Source: a virus. From it: a DNA stretch of 64,000 nucleotides. The DNA lies in the IMG/VR virus record IMGVR_UViG_3300031825_000369; one strand, given 5' to 3'. Position numbers and translations under genes: made by a program. This document shows, one piece after another, positions 9,754 through 18,252 of this stretch (positions are counted from its first letter, which is position 1; the number at the start of each line of letters is the position of its first letter). The notes under the pieces were generated by a model that worked only from the letters and a program-made list of their open reading frames with translations, searched no databases and had not been told where the DNA came from.

Positions 9754-10518
9754 TTAGGCGTCGGCTCCGCGGGTGAAGGTGGTCGCGTCATCCGTCAGGG
9801 CCGCGGTCCCGAGCGCCGTCACGCCGTCCGCCTTGAACAGCGTGTCGGTCGTCGCCGTCACGGTGCGCTTGTGGCGGAACCGCTGGTAGAGGTAGCGGAC
9901 CATCTTCGGCAGCGTCTGCGCGCCGGTCGACGGGAGCGCCGCGAGCTCCGCCTCGGTCGCGAACGCCGCGTCGGTGATGGCCGCGGCCGCGATCGCCCCG
10001 ACGCTCGCATCGATGCGCCCGCTCACGAGCGCCGCCGGCAACCGGGTCTGGATGTCGTTGGTGTCGGCGACGATCGCCGCGAGCTGGGTCGAGTTGCTGT
10101 CGATCTCGGTCCGGACGGCCGCCGCCGTCACGCCCGCCGCGAGCGGGTCGTAGCCCGCCAGCGCGATCGTCACGCCGTCGTCGACGGTGTTGGCCCCGGT
10201 CCACGAGATCACGACCTCATCGACGCCCGTCGCGAGCGCCGCGTTCGGGAGGTCGAGCCGGTAGAGGCCCGGCGCGTTGGTGGCGTCGACCTCGACGAAG
10301 CCGCCCGTCGCCCACGCGCCCGTGACGGTCTGGGTGGCCAGCGTGATGGCCGCCGCGGCCGCGCCCGCGCGCGTGTAGTAGACCTTGAGCCCCGCCGTGC
10401 CGAACGCGAGCCCGGTGAGGCCCATCCCGACCGGCGTGGTCGCCGAGCCGCGGATGAAGACGTAGATCGTCTTGCTGGTCGCGTCCTTCGCTAGCACTCG
10501 TGACATGAGGAGTCCCAT
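9754..10518 (-). CDS. Virion accessory/fibre-like protein, about 250 aa (start at 10518 or 10506)
   Basis: GLTGLAFGTAGLKVYYTRAG...GGFVEVDATNAPGLYRLDLP motif seen in phage structural proteins. Confidence 0.65.
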   Translation of the reverse strand: MGLLMSRVLAKDATSKTIYVFIRGSATTPVGMGLTGLAFGTAGLKVYYTRAGAAAAAITLATQTVTGAWATGGFVEVDATNAPGLYRLDLPNAALATGVDEVVISWTGANTVDDGVTIALAGYDPLAAGVTAAAVRTEIDSNSTQLAAIVADTNDIQTRLPAALVSGRIDASVGAIAAAAITDAAFATEAELAALPSTGAQTLPKMVRYLYQRFRHKRTVTATTDTLFKADGVTALGTAALTDDATTFTRGADA

Positions 10519-10534
10519 GGAGGCCGAAGAGAGA

Positions 10535-11596
10535 TTACCCGGAGAATCCGCCCGCCAACTGGCGGAGAAGGAGCGGGTGCCACGCCGACCCGCCACCCCC
10601 GCCAGTGGATCCTTGCTCGTCGGCGCCGATGTCCCACGCCGCGCCCACCGGCCGTGCGAAGCCGTTGCCGTCGATCGCGAACTGGAATTGCGGCGCGCCG
10701 ACCGCCGAGAGGTTGGTCCCGAGCTCCTTCGCAACGGTGTCGCCGCTCTGGAGCCGGAAGTTTCCGACCGTGGCGTCCACGAAGGACGCGGTGATCGACG
10801 CGGCCCACGCGTTGGTCGCCGGGTCGTCGGTCGTGGCGTTGAGGGTCGTGATGCCGTTCATCACGCGCTGCATGAGCGCGTTCTTGATCCGCGCGACTGC
10901 GTTCGTCGCCCCACCCGCGAACTTCGCCCAGATCGCTTCGCCCTCGTCGCCCTTCAGGCCCACGATCGTCGGGTTGTAGATGACGATGGTGGAGTTCGAC
11001 GGCGTCGCCTGGAAGATGATGCCGTCGGTGAAGTTCCAGGTGACCACGTTGCGGAACACGAAGGTGCCGGCCTTCCCGTTCGCGTCGAAGGCAAAGCCAC
11101 CAATGGAGCTGACATTGCTGACGCGCCGCATCTTCACGCCGTCGAGGTACAGCTCCCCGCCGAGCGACAAGACACTCAGCCCGTGATTCCCTGGGTCAAG
11201 CGTCGTGTTTGAGTGGTAGAACTGAACGCCGGTGACGCGGATCGAATTGGTGTTGATCGTGAAGACCGGGCCGCCGTTCGACGTGCGTTCGAGCGTGTAC
11301 ACGGCGTCGTCCCACGCGACTTTGCGATCCGCGCTCGGCACCGAGAAGTGCACGTAGCGAGTCGTGTCGCTGGTCGGCCACGTGGTGCCCGGCGTCGTCG
11401 TGTCGTTGGTCGCGCCCGAGCACTCGACGTTGACCTGCACGTCGGCGGCAACGAGCCCGGTCGGGTACGCGGCCAGCAGCGCGGTGCGGACTTCCTCCAT
11501 CGACGCCCAGGCGCGGTTCGCGCCCGCGGTCGCGTTGGTCGTCCCGTCGCCGCCCGCCGTCGAGCCGGTGTTGAGGAAGCGGTTGACGACGGTCAC
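10535..11596 (-). CDS. Beta-helix (pectin-lyase-like) tailspike/adhesin, 353 aa
   Basis: Asn/Thr-rich beta-helix rungs; FVDATVGNFRLQSG...D.NG.ARP...WDIGADE C-terminal motif; Gly-linker tail. Confidence 0.7.
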   Translation of the reverse strand: MTVVNRFLNTGSTAGGDGTTNATAGANRAWASMEEVRTALLAAYPTGLVAADVQVNVECSGATNDTTTPGTTWPTSDTTRYVHFSVPSADRKVAWDDAVYTLERTSNGGPVFTINTNSIRVTGVQFYHSNTTLDPGNHGLSVLSLGGELYLDGVKMRRVSNVSSIGGFAFDANGKAGTFVFRNVVTWNFTDGIIFQATPSNSTIVIYNPTIVGLKGDEGEAIWAKFAGGATNAVARIKNALMQRVMNGITTLNATTDDPATNAWAASITASFVDATVGNFRLQSGDTVAKELGTNLSAVGAPQFQFAIDGNGFARPVGAAWDIGADEQGSTGGGGGSAWHPLLLRQLAGGFSG

Positions 11597-11841
11597 GACG
11601 CCCCCCCGTTCGCCACTGGTGTCACGTTTCTCGACATTGACAACGCACCGTCAGGCGCGGAACGTAGTGTGCGAGGCGGGAGCCCACGGCAGTCACACCC
11701 CGGCACAGGGATCGACAGATGAGACGCATCGGAGGCGGCGCGGCCGCGGTGCTGGCCCTCGTGGTGGCGGTGACGATCGTGTACCCGGCGGTGACCCTCT
11801 GGTCGATCATCAGAGGCGAGGGCGAGCCGTAGCCCACTCAC
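11593..11841 (-). CDS. Small ORF, frame ambiguous (82-aa His-rich frame or 71-aa frame 11622-11837)
   Basis: The 82-aa frame has GTGA overlaps at both ends; the 71-aa frame has higher GC3. Confidence 0.35.
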   Translation of the reverse strand: MSGLRLALASDDRPEGHRRVHDRHRHHEGQHRGRAASDASHLSIPVPGCDCRGLPPRTLRSAPDGALSMSRNVTPVANGGAS

Positions 11842-13748
11842 GGCGCGACCCCCGCCGTCGCCATCTCCACGGTGTCCAGGTCGCACCCCGGATCGGCGCC
11901 ACCCAAGCCGATGCCCTTGCCCGGACTCGTCACCGCGAGGCGGTAGTTGTGGCTCGCGGCGTCCACGAAGTCGGCGTCAGCCAGCACCGCCGCGAGCGTA
12001 GGGCTCACGCCCGCGTCCGGGTACACGTTGCCGTCGCCCTGCGGGAGCAGGTTGGTGTACTGCCCTTCGAGCCCGACCAGGAAGTTGCGCTTGAAACTCC
12101 AGCCCGTGGCGTATTTGTTGAGCCCCGCCACGCCGACGAAGCCACCCGAGTAGAAGAAGCTGCTGTTGTCGCTGTTCGTCGTGCTCGCGTTGTCCGAGAT
12201 GTCGAACCCCGTCGCTTCCTGCCCGGCCGGCACCGCGTCCGACACCGCCCACGCCGCGATGAGGTTCACGTTATGCACGAACGTGTTGAACCGGATCTTG
12301 AGGGCGTTCGTCGGGTTGACGAGCAGCAGCGCGTTCCCCGACTGACTTATGGTACCGGACGGCGCCCCGTTGGCGGTGACGATGCCGATGTCGTGGAACA
12401 GGTTGTGGTAGCACGCCACGCTGTGACACGGCTCTATGTCCGTTTCAATCGGGTCCCCGTACCCGCTCACGTTGAAGGCCATGCGCGCGCTCCGCGTGAG
12501 GTTGTAGCGGAACGTGACGTGGGAGGTCCCGAGCCCCGTCGATGCGCCCATGCCGTCGCCCGCGCTCTTGATCACGGTGGCCATCCCGTTCTGTGCGCCA
12601 GACGGGCAACGTTCGAGGACATTGCCCTCGAACAGCACGCGCTTCGCGTTCTTCAACTCGAACAGGCCCTTCATCGCGTACTTCGTGGCCCCGGCGTTCT
12701 CGGCGGGACACCACGCCTCGGGGTGCGCCAGATAATTGCGCCGCAACTCGAGGTCGCTCGGCTTCCCGTTCGCGGCCCCGAGCCCCGGCATGGCGCCGCC
12801 GAAGAACAACGGCACCGACCCACCGTCGATGTAGTTGTTCACGATTTTCAACGGCCCCGGCGTGTTCCACGCGGCCACGCCGTGCGTCTCGTCGCTCGCG
12901 TTGTACTGGCCGGCCACCCACGAGTCCACGAGCGCGCCGCGAATCGCTTCGAGCGTGACCCCGTTCTTGTTGCGCCCCTGCGGTGTGCCGTCGCCCGCGA
13001 GCCCGGTGTCACCCACCGGTCCCGTCACCAGAATCCGGTCGAGCACGATGTCGCGCGGGCAGTGTTCGAGCAGCGACTGCGACTGCTCGTCGAGCAGGGC
13101 CGGCTCGCGGGCGTGGATGCGCACCGTGAAGTAGATGACCCCCGTCGCCGTCGGCTCCGGCACGTTCGTGACGCCCATGACCCGATAGCGGTCCGCCCCG
13201 CGGCGACACGCAATCGTCGGGTTGTCGTTCCCGACCGCATGGAGCACCGGCGCGTTGGTCATCGTCGCCGGCGTGCAGCGGATGCCTTCCGCGCACGGCG
13301 CCGTCTCGGCCTCGATGTCGGTCCAGACGTTCGGGAAGGTGTGCGGCAGGAGCCACATGGTCCCCTGGTACGTCAGCCCCATCGCGAGCCGGATGCGCGT
13401 GTCGCCGTTGGTCGCCGCGCACGTCACGATCTCGGCGTTCACCGCGTCCATGTTCGCCGTCGGCGACCCCTGGTCGGTGATGAGGGTATCACGCACGTAT
13501 GTGCGCGACCCCTTCGCCGAGGTCACCCACGCCTGCGGCAAGTCGATCGTCGCGCCCAGGTCGAACGGGTGCGGGGCCGGGTTGTACGTCTCCGTGCTGA
13601 GCGCGGCGGGCGATGAGAACCCACCACCGCCGCCCGGTGCCGCCGTCGCCAGTCGCGCCTGCCCGTTGGCGTGCGCCGCGGCGATGAGGAACACGCCAAG
13701 CAGGAAGCGCCGCATCGAGCGGTCCATGGTCCGACGGAGGCGCTTCAC
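11838..13748 (-). CDS. Right-handed parallel beta-helix protein (glycan-binding/depolymerase-like), up to 636 aa
   Basis: WNTPGPLKIVNNYIDGG..PLFFGGA, PSDLELRRNY, KGLFELKNAKRVLFEGNVLE and FVDAASHNYRLAVTSPGKG motifs. Confidence 0.8.
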   Translation of the reverse strand: MKRLRRTMDRSMRRFLLGVFLIAAAHANGQARLATAAPGGGGGFSSPAALSTETYNPAPHPFDLGATIDLPQAWVTSAKGSRTYVRDTLITDQGSPTANMDAVNAEIVTCAATNGDTRIRLAMGLTYQGTMWLLPHTFPNVWTDIEAETAPCAEGIRCTPATMTNAPVLHAVGNDNPTIACRRGADRYRVMGVTNVPEPTATGVIYFTVRIHAREPALLDEQSQSLLEHCPRDIVLDRILVTGPVGDTGLAGDGTPQGRNKNGVTLEAIRGALVDSWVAGQYNASDETHGVAAWNTPGPLKIVNNYIDGGSVPLFFGGAMPGLGAANGKPSDLELRRNYLAHPEAWCPAENAGATKYAMKGLFELKNAKRVLFEGNVLERCPSGAQNGMATVIKSAGDGMGASTGLGTSHVTFRYNLTRSARMAFNVSGYGDPIETDIEPCHSVACYHNLFHDIGIVTANGAPSGTISQSGNALLLVNPTNALKIRFNTFVHNVNLIAAWAVSDAVPAGQEATGFDISDNASTTNSDNSSFFYSGGFVGVAGLNKYATGWSFKRNFLVGLEGQYTNLLPQGDGNVYPDAGVSPTLAAVLADADFVDAASHNYRLAVTSPGKGIGLGGADPGCDLDTVEMATAGVAP

Positions 13749-14122
13749 CCGCGGAGCGGCAGGACGTAGACTTTGGCCGAGCCGGCCGAGAGCGCCGTCA
13801 CCTCGATCGCGATGTCCAGCCCGTCGGCTTCGATCACGATGAGCGCGTCGCCGGTGATCGCGGCCGAGACGGTCGTGTCATCGCTCGCCACGCCCCCGAG
13901 CGAGCGGCGCCGGTACGGAATCGGGACGTAGCCGTTGGTCCCCGTGTGGGCGCCAGTCAGGCGGCCCTTCACGGTGAACGACCCGGTCAGCCCGGTGCCC
14001 ACGATCTGGACGAGCATGGACCCGACCGTCTCCTCGGACGTGTTGCCCAGCGCCAGCAGGCCGGTCTCGTTGACGTTCCAATAGCCCCGGCCGCCGGTCG
14101 TCTGCTGCTTGTTGTTCGCCAT
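13745..14122 (-). CDS. Small beta-rich virion protein, 125 aa
   Basis: Start MANNKQQ at 14122 (TGATG overlap); jelly-roll-like strands. Confidence 0.6.
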   Translation of the reverse strand: MANNKQQTTGGRGYWNVNETGLLALGNTSEETVGSMLVQIVGTGLTGSFTVKGRLTGAHTGTNGYVPIPYRRRSLGGVASDDTTVSAAITGDALIVIEADGLDIAIEVTALSAGSAKVYVLPLRG

Positions 14123-14691
14123 CAGGCCGCCGTCGCCGGGGTGCGGCGCGCGCCACGCGCCGGAGCGTTCGGCGGGTCGGCCGGCGGGTCGTCGGCCCCC
14201 TCGCGCATGAACGCGAGTTCGTCGTCGGCCTTCGGGACGAAGAACGGCACCGCCCACTTGGGCATGTCGCTCGAGAGCCCGAGCACCCACTCGTCACCGG
14301 CCCGCGCGGCGAGCACCGGCTCGACCGGGTACGGCTTCGGCCCGACGATGAGGAGCACCGAGGGCCCGGGCTCCTTCGGGTCGAACTTGTCGGCGTTCAC
14401 GGCGTGCCCGACCTTCATCATGTGCTCGGTCCACTCCTTGAGCGCGGCCTTGAGGTCCGACACCCATTCGTCGTAGGCGATCGTGAGCGCCTGGACGTTG
14501 TCCGGGTCGGCGGAGACCCGGAGGTACTGCTGCGGCGGGATGAGCGGCGCCGCGAAACTCGGCGACAGCGCCTCGCACGGATGGTCCGTGCGCTTGTCGA
14601 CGTTCGCGCCCCAGCGGCGGCCGTGCTGGTCCTTGTAAAGGCGGTAGCGGCGCTGGAGGGCCTGCGGGTGTTCGCCGGGTTTGACGGCCAT
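14122..14691 (-). CDS. Hypothetical protein, 189 aa
   Basis: GGAGG-like RBS region, coupled stop/start, globular composition. Confidence 0.65.
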   Translation of the reverse strand: MAVKPGEHPQALQRRYRLYKDQHGRRWGANVDKRTDHPCEALSPSFAAPLIPPQQYLRVSADPDNVQALTIAYDEWVSDLKAALKEWTEHMMKVGHAVNADKFDPKEPGPSVLLIVGPKPYPVEPVLAARAGDEWVLGLSSDMPKWAVPFFVPKADDELAFMREGADDPPADPPNAPARGARRTPATAA

Positions 14692-14710
14692 GGGAGGGTT
14701 CGGTTAGGCG

Positions 14711-15439
14711 TTAGGCACCGGACGGCACAACCCGCCCGGTTTCGATGTAGACGGCATCCGCAGCGGAGTCGTCGCCGTGGGCCAGGCGGGCGGCCGGGTG
14801 GTCGCGATCGACGCGTCGCGCCAGCCCGCCGTCCAGGATCGCCGGCGCGGCGCGCGTGACGTCGTCGCGCAGCGAGGCGTCGAGCGTGCGGACGATCTCG
14901 GTCCGGAAGCCGCGGGCACGCGCCTCGGCGCGCGCGGCGCGTTCGGCCGGGAGGCTCGCGTGCCGGCGGTTCGTCAGGACCGACAGCGCCCGGAGCTGCC
15001 AGAGCACGCGGCCATCGAGCCCCGCGTAGGGCAGCGCGCCGAGCGCCGGCATGGCCCCGTCGCCGTAGCCCATCCACCGGCGCCAGGTGGCATTCTCCGC
15101 CGTCGCGCGGTAGGGGTGGCCGCCGTCGGGCCCTTGGAGCACCCAGCACGGCACCGGGAGCGCGCCCTGCGTGAGCCAGTAGTGCGTGGCCCAAGCGTGC
15201 TCGGCGCAGTCGAACGGGTCGCCGAGCAATTGCTCGAGCAGGACCGACGGCGCGAACGCGGCCGGCATGCACTCGAACACGACCCAGCGCTGCGCCGGCA
15301 CGTCGGGCAGGCCGGGCACCCACGCGAGCGTCAGGTGACTCAGGCGCTCGCGGGGTGGGGCGATGCGGTGCAGCGCCGCCAGCCACGCGGCCGGCGGGTC
15401 CCACGACCAGCGGAAGAGCGCCGGACGCTTAGAGTCCAA
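14711..15439 (-). CDS. Hypothetical protein, about 242 aa (probable TTG start)
   Basis: Trp/Pro-rich ORF filling the late operon; the start overlaps the end of the upstream gene. Confidence 0.55.
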   Translation of the reverse strand: MDSKRPALFRWSWDPPAAWLAALHRIAPPRERLSHLTLAWVPGLPDVPAQRWVVFECMPAAFAPSVLLEQLLGDPFDCAEHAWATHYWLTQGALPVPCWVLQGPDGGHPYRATAENATWRRWMGYGDGAMPALGALPYAGLDGRVLWQLRALSVLTNRRHASLPAERAARAEARARGFRTEIVRTLDASLRDDVTRAAPAILDGGLARRVDRDHPAARLAHGDDSAADAVYIETGRVVPSGA

Positions 15440-15659
15440 TTTTCGCGTCCAGCTTCGCCGGGCCACTCGCCGCCGAGTCGGTAACGAGGGTGGCGTAGTT
15501 GACGTCGGTGACCCCGGCATCCGCGTCGAGCTTCGCGGTGAGGACCCGGAGGTTGGTGACCAGCTTGTTGTGTTCGGTCACGAGGTTCTGGAGCACGTCC
15601 TCGGCGCGGATCGCACCGGTGCCCAGCGCCGTGACCTTGATATCGTCGGGATTCGCCAT
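15429..15659 (-). CDS. Putative head fibre/decoration protein, 76 aa
   Basis: Coiled coil ending LTAKLDADAGVTDVNY, a motif seen in small proteins just downstream of capsid genes. Confidence 0.6.
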   Translation of the reverse strand: MANPDDIKVTALGTGAIRAEDVLQNLVTEHNKLVTNLRVLTAKLDADAGVTDVNYATLVTDSAASGPAKLDAKIGL

Positions 15660-15688
15660 GGAATCGGAATCGTTAGGGTCCGGATGCG

Positions 15689-15718
15689 GAGCGGGGCACC
15701 GGCATCGGTGCCCCGCTC
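15689..15718 (-). other. Perfect 13-bp-stem hairpin downstream of the major capsid gene
   Basis: GAGCGGGGCACCG-gcat-CGGTGCCCCGCTC; no U-tract follows on the coding strand. Confidence 0.7.
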
Positions 15719-15743
15719 ACACAGTCAGTCATCGGCCGAAGGC

Positions 15744-17024
15744 TCACGCCTCGGTCAGCGCGCTCCAGTAGGCCATGTTCCCACGGTTCGTGGTCACGAA
15801 CGCGTAGGGGAAGTCAAAACTCATCACCTTGGCGTTCTGGTCCTGGAGCTTGTCCTCGTTCGCGTTCTCGATCCCGTCGAGGCTTTCGGCGTCCTCGCCC
15901 GGCATCGGCACCATGGTCCAGCGGTGCAGCGTGCCCTTGTCCATGCCGATCCCGAACCCGGTCGGCACCTTCCGGCTCGAGAACTGTTCGATGGACTTCG
16001 TCTTCACGTTCCCGAGGATCTCCATGTTCAACGGGTCGTTGAACTGCACCGCGTTGGACGTGGACTGGTAGACGTCGCGCTCGACGCCCTGCGTCTGAAT
16101 CAGCAGGTTCATCTTGCCGCCGCCCAGGTTGGTGATCTGGTGCTGGCCCTTCTTGATCCGCGTGCCCGTGAGCCGCCCGCCCGCGGTGTCGGCCAAGGCC
16201 GGCATCCAGAGCGGGTACGTCGAGCCCGAGAGCCCGTGCACCGTCGTCGCGGTCAGGAAGTCGAGCAGTCCCGACGGCGCCTTGTTGTAGTCGGTGTGGG
16301 CGATCGTGCCCGTGGTGATCAGGTGACCGGCCGAGTTGGCGAGCACGATCTCGTCGCCGTCATCCGAGTCGACGGAGCCGGCCCAGGTGATCGTCAGGCC
16401 GTTCGTCGCGTGCACCGCCGTGATGATCCCGATCGCGTTGGCCACGAGCGCCCCGGTGCGGATCAGCGCCACGTAGTCGTCGACCTTGAAGAGCGACGCC
16501 AGGAACGCCGTGTCATCGAGCCCCGACTGCCCGTAAGCGTCCTTGAGCGCGTAGGTGCCCGACGCCTGCGTGGCGTTGGTCGAGGTCTTGGCCAGCACGC
16601 CGGTCGACACGCCGTAGAACGACGTCCCCACGCGGTTCGTCAGCCCCTCGATGAGCTTCTTGGTCTGGTACTTGGCCTGCCGGACGAGCTGCGCCTGGCG
16701 GAACTTCCGGTCCAGGTACTCGCTCGTGAGGGTGAACGAGAAGCGGTCGTTGTAGTTCGCCCACGTGAACGACAGCTCCTGCGGCGCGGCGGTCTTGGGG
16801 TTCGCCTCGTACCCGCCCTCGGGAATGAAGGCTCCCGAGCCCTGCTGGATGATGTCGATGGGCGTGGTGACTTCGCGCGCGCTCATGTCGAGATCGAACT
16901 CCTTGAGCCGCTTCGCGAGGGCCCACTCCTCGCACTTCGCCTGAAAGCCCTTGAGCACGTTGCCCTGGACCTTCCGGTACACTTTGGCGAGCGTCGTGCC
17001 CGCCGTCGTAATGCCGTAAGCCAT
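15744..17024 (-). CDS. Major capsid protein, 426 aa
   Basis: Position after the scaffold; G.FIPEGGYEANP, WANYNDRFSFTLT and FDFPYAFVTTNRGNMAYWS match HK97-fold capsid patterns; strongly biased codons. Confidence 0.85.
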   Translation of the reverse strand: MAYGITTAGTTLAKVYRKVQGNVLKGFQAKCEEWALAKRLKEFDLDMSAREVTTPIDIIQQGSGAFIPEGGYEANPKTAAPQELSFTWANYNDRFSFTLTSEYLDRKFRQAQLVRQAKYQTKKLIEGLTNRVGTSFYGVSTGVLAKTSTNATQASGTYALKDAYGQSGLDDTAFLASLFKVDDYVALIRTGALVANAIGIITAVHATNGLTITWAGSVDSDDGDEIVLANSAGHLITTGTIAHTDYNKAPSGLLDFLTATTVHGLSGSTYPLWMPALADTAGGRLTGTRIKKGQHQITNLGGGKMNLLIQTQGVERDVYQSTSNAVQFNDPLNMEILGNVKTKSIEQFSSRKVPTGFGIGMDKGTLHRWTMVPMPGEDAESLDGIENANEDKLQDQNAKVMSFDFPYAFVTTNRGNMAYWSALTEA

Positions 17025-17060
17025 GATAGTGGTTCGTCAGTGGTTAGGCGCCGCCGGGCG

Positions 17061-18239
17061 TCAGCCCGTCAGCACGTCACTCCAGTCGTCCGCGTCGAAC
17101 TGCTCCTTGAACTCGTCCCAGCTCGGCCGTGCGTGGGGCGCGGCCTTCTGTCTCCCCTGCTGCGGCGTTGCCGCGCGCGGCTTCGTGGGGGCGGGCGCTT
17201 GGGGCGCCGGTGCCACGGCCGCGGCGTTGCGCTCGGTGGCGGACTTTGCCGCCTCGAACCGCTGTCGGATGCGCGCGACGCGCTGGGCCTCGCGGCCCAA
17301 CACCTCGCGGAGGAACTCCTCGTTCACGCCAATGAAGCCCTTCGGGATGCCGTATTCCGGGTAATCCCGGTCGGCTTCCCAAAAGAGCTGCTGGCCATAC
17401 GTCGACCAGAGTTGCCCGAGGAGGTCCTGCCGCTCCTGCGGCGTCTCGGCGATCAGGGCGAGGTCCGGCGCTTGGAGCGCCTGGGTCACCGTCGTCTCGA
17501 GCCGTCCGGCGAGGAGCGGGATGATCTGCGCGCGCTCTTCCTCGGCGGCGCGCGCGGCCCGTTCCTGCTCGTGATACTGCAGCTGCGCGCGGGCTTCCGC
17601 GGCTTCGGCCTGGGCCTGGAGGATCGGGGCGTTGCGCTCGAAGTCCGCGAGCCAGTCGGCCACCGCGTCGGGCCCCTGCGCGAGCAGGTTGTCCATCGCG
17701 CTGAGGATTGCGTTGGCGCGGGCCTCGCGGTGCGTGCCGGCCTGCTCCGCGCGGCGCGCACGGTCAACGAGTTGCGTGCGTTCCGTCCGCCAACTCTCGC
17801 GGTTCGCGATGTAGTTGGGCCGGAGATGCTTCTCCCACGCCTCACGCGGGATGTACACGCCGTGCTCGTACTCGAGCGCGCCGGGGATCTCGACGTCCGA
17901 ATTGTCCGCGCGGAACTTCCACGGCTTCCCGCCGTCGGGCGGCGCGAACGCGGGAGGCGCCGCGGCCGCAACGGCAGCAGACGGGTCGACCGCAGCTCCG
18001 TCGGTCGCCGCGGGCGCTCCCGCTTTCGGGGCGAACGTCCCATCGGGGTTGCGCGGCCGGTCATCCGGCGCGGCCGGATCGGCGGGCGCCTCGGCGACTG
18101 GCGGTGCGTCGGGCGCCCCCTGGGCGCCAGCCTCCGCGGTCGCCGCCGGTGCGGCGGGGTCCTGCTCGTCACCCTCGTCGTTGAGCAGCGCGTCCCAGTC
18201 GCCCTCTTCGATCGGCGTTTCGGTGTTCGGAGCGGTCAT
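17061..18239 (-). CDS. Scaffolding protein, 392 aa
   Basis: Acidic, Pro/Ala-rich N-terminus (RNPDGTFAPK), long helices, acidic C-terminal helix; lies between portal and capsid genes. Confidence 0.75.
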   Translation of the reverse strand: MTAPNTETPIEEGDWDALLNDEGDEQDPAAPAATAEAGAQGAPDAPPVAEAPADPAAPDDRPRNPDGTFAPKAGAPAATDGAAVDPSAAVAAAAPPAFAPPDGGKPWKFRADNSDVEIPGALEYEHGVYIPREAWEKHLRPNYIANRESWRTERTQLVDRARRAEQAGTHREARANAILSAMDNLLAQGPDAVADWLADFERNAPILQAQAEAAEARAQLQYHEQERAARAAEEERAQIIPLLAGRLETTVTQALQAPDLALIAETPQERQDLLGQLWSTYGQQLFWEADRDYPEYGIPKGFIGVNEEFLREVLGREAQRVARIRQRFEAAKSATERNAAAVAPAPQAPAPTKPRAATPQQGRQKAAPHARPSWDEFKEQFDADDWSDVLTG

Positions 18240-18252
18240 CAGGTTCCTCGCG

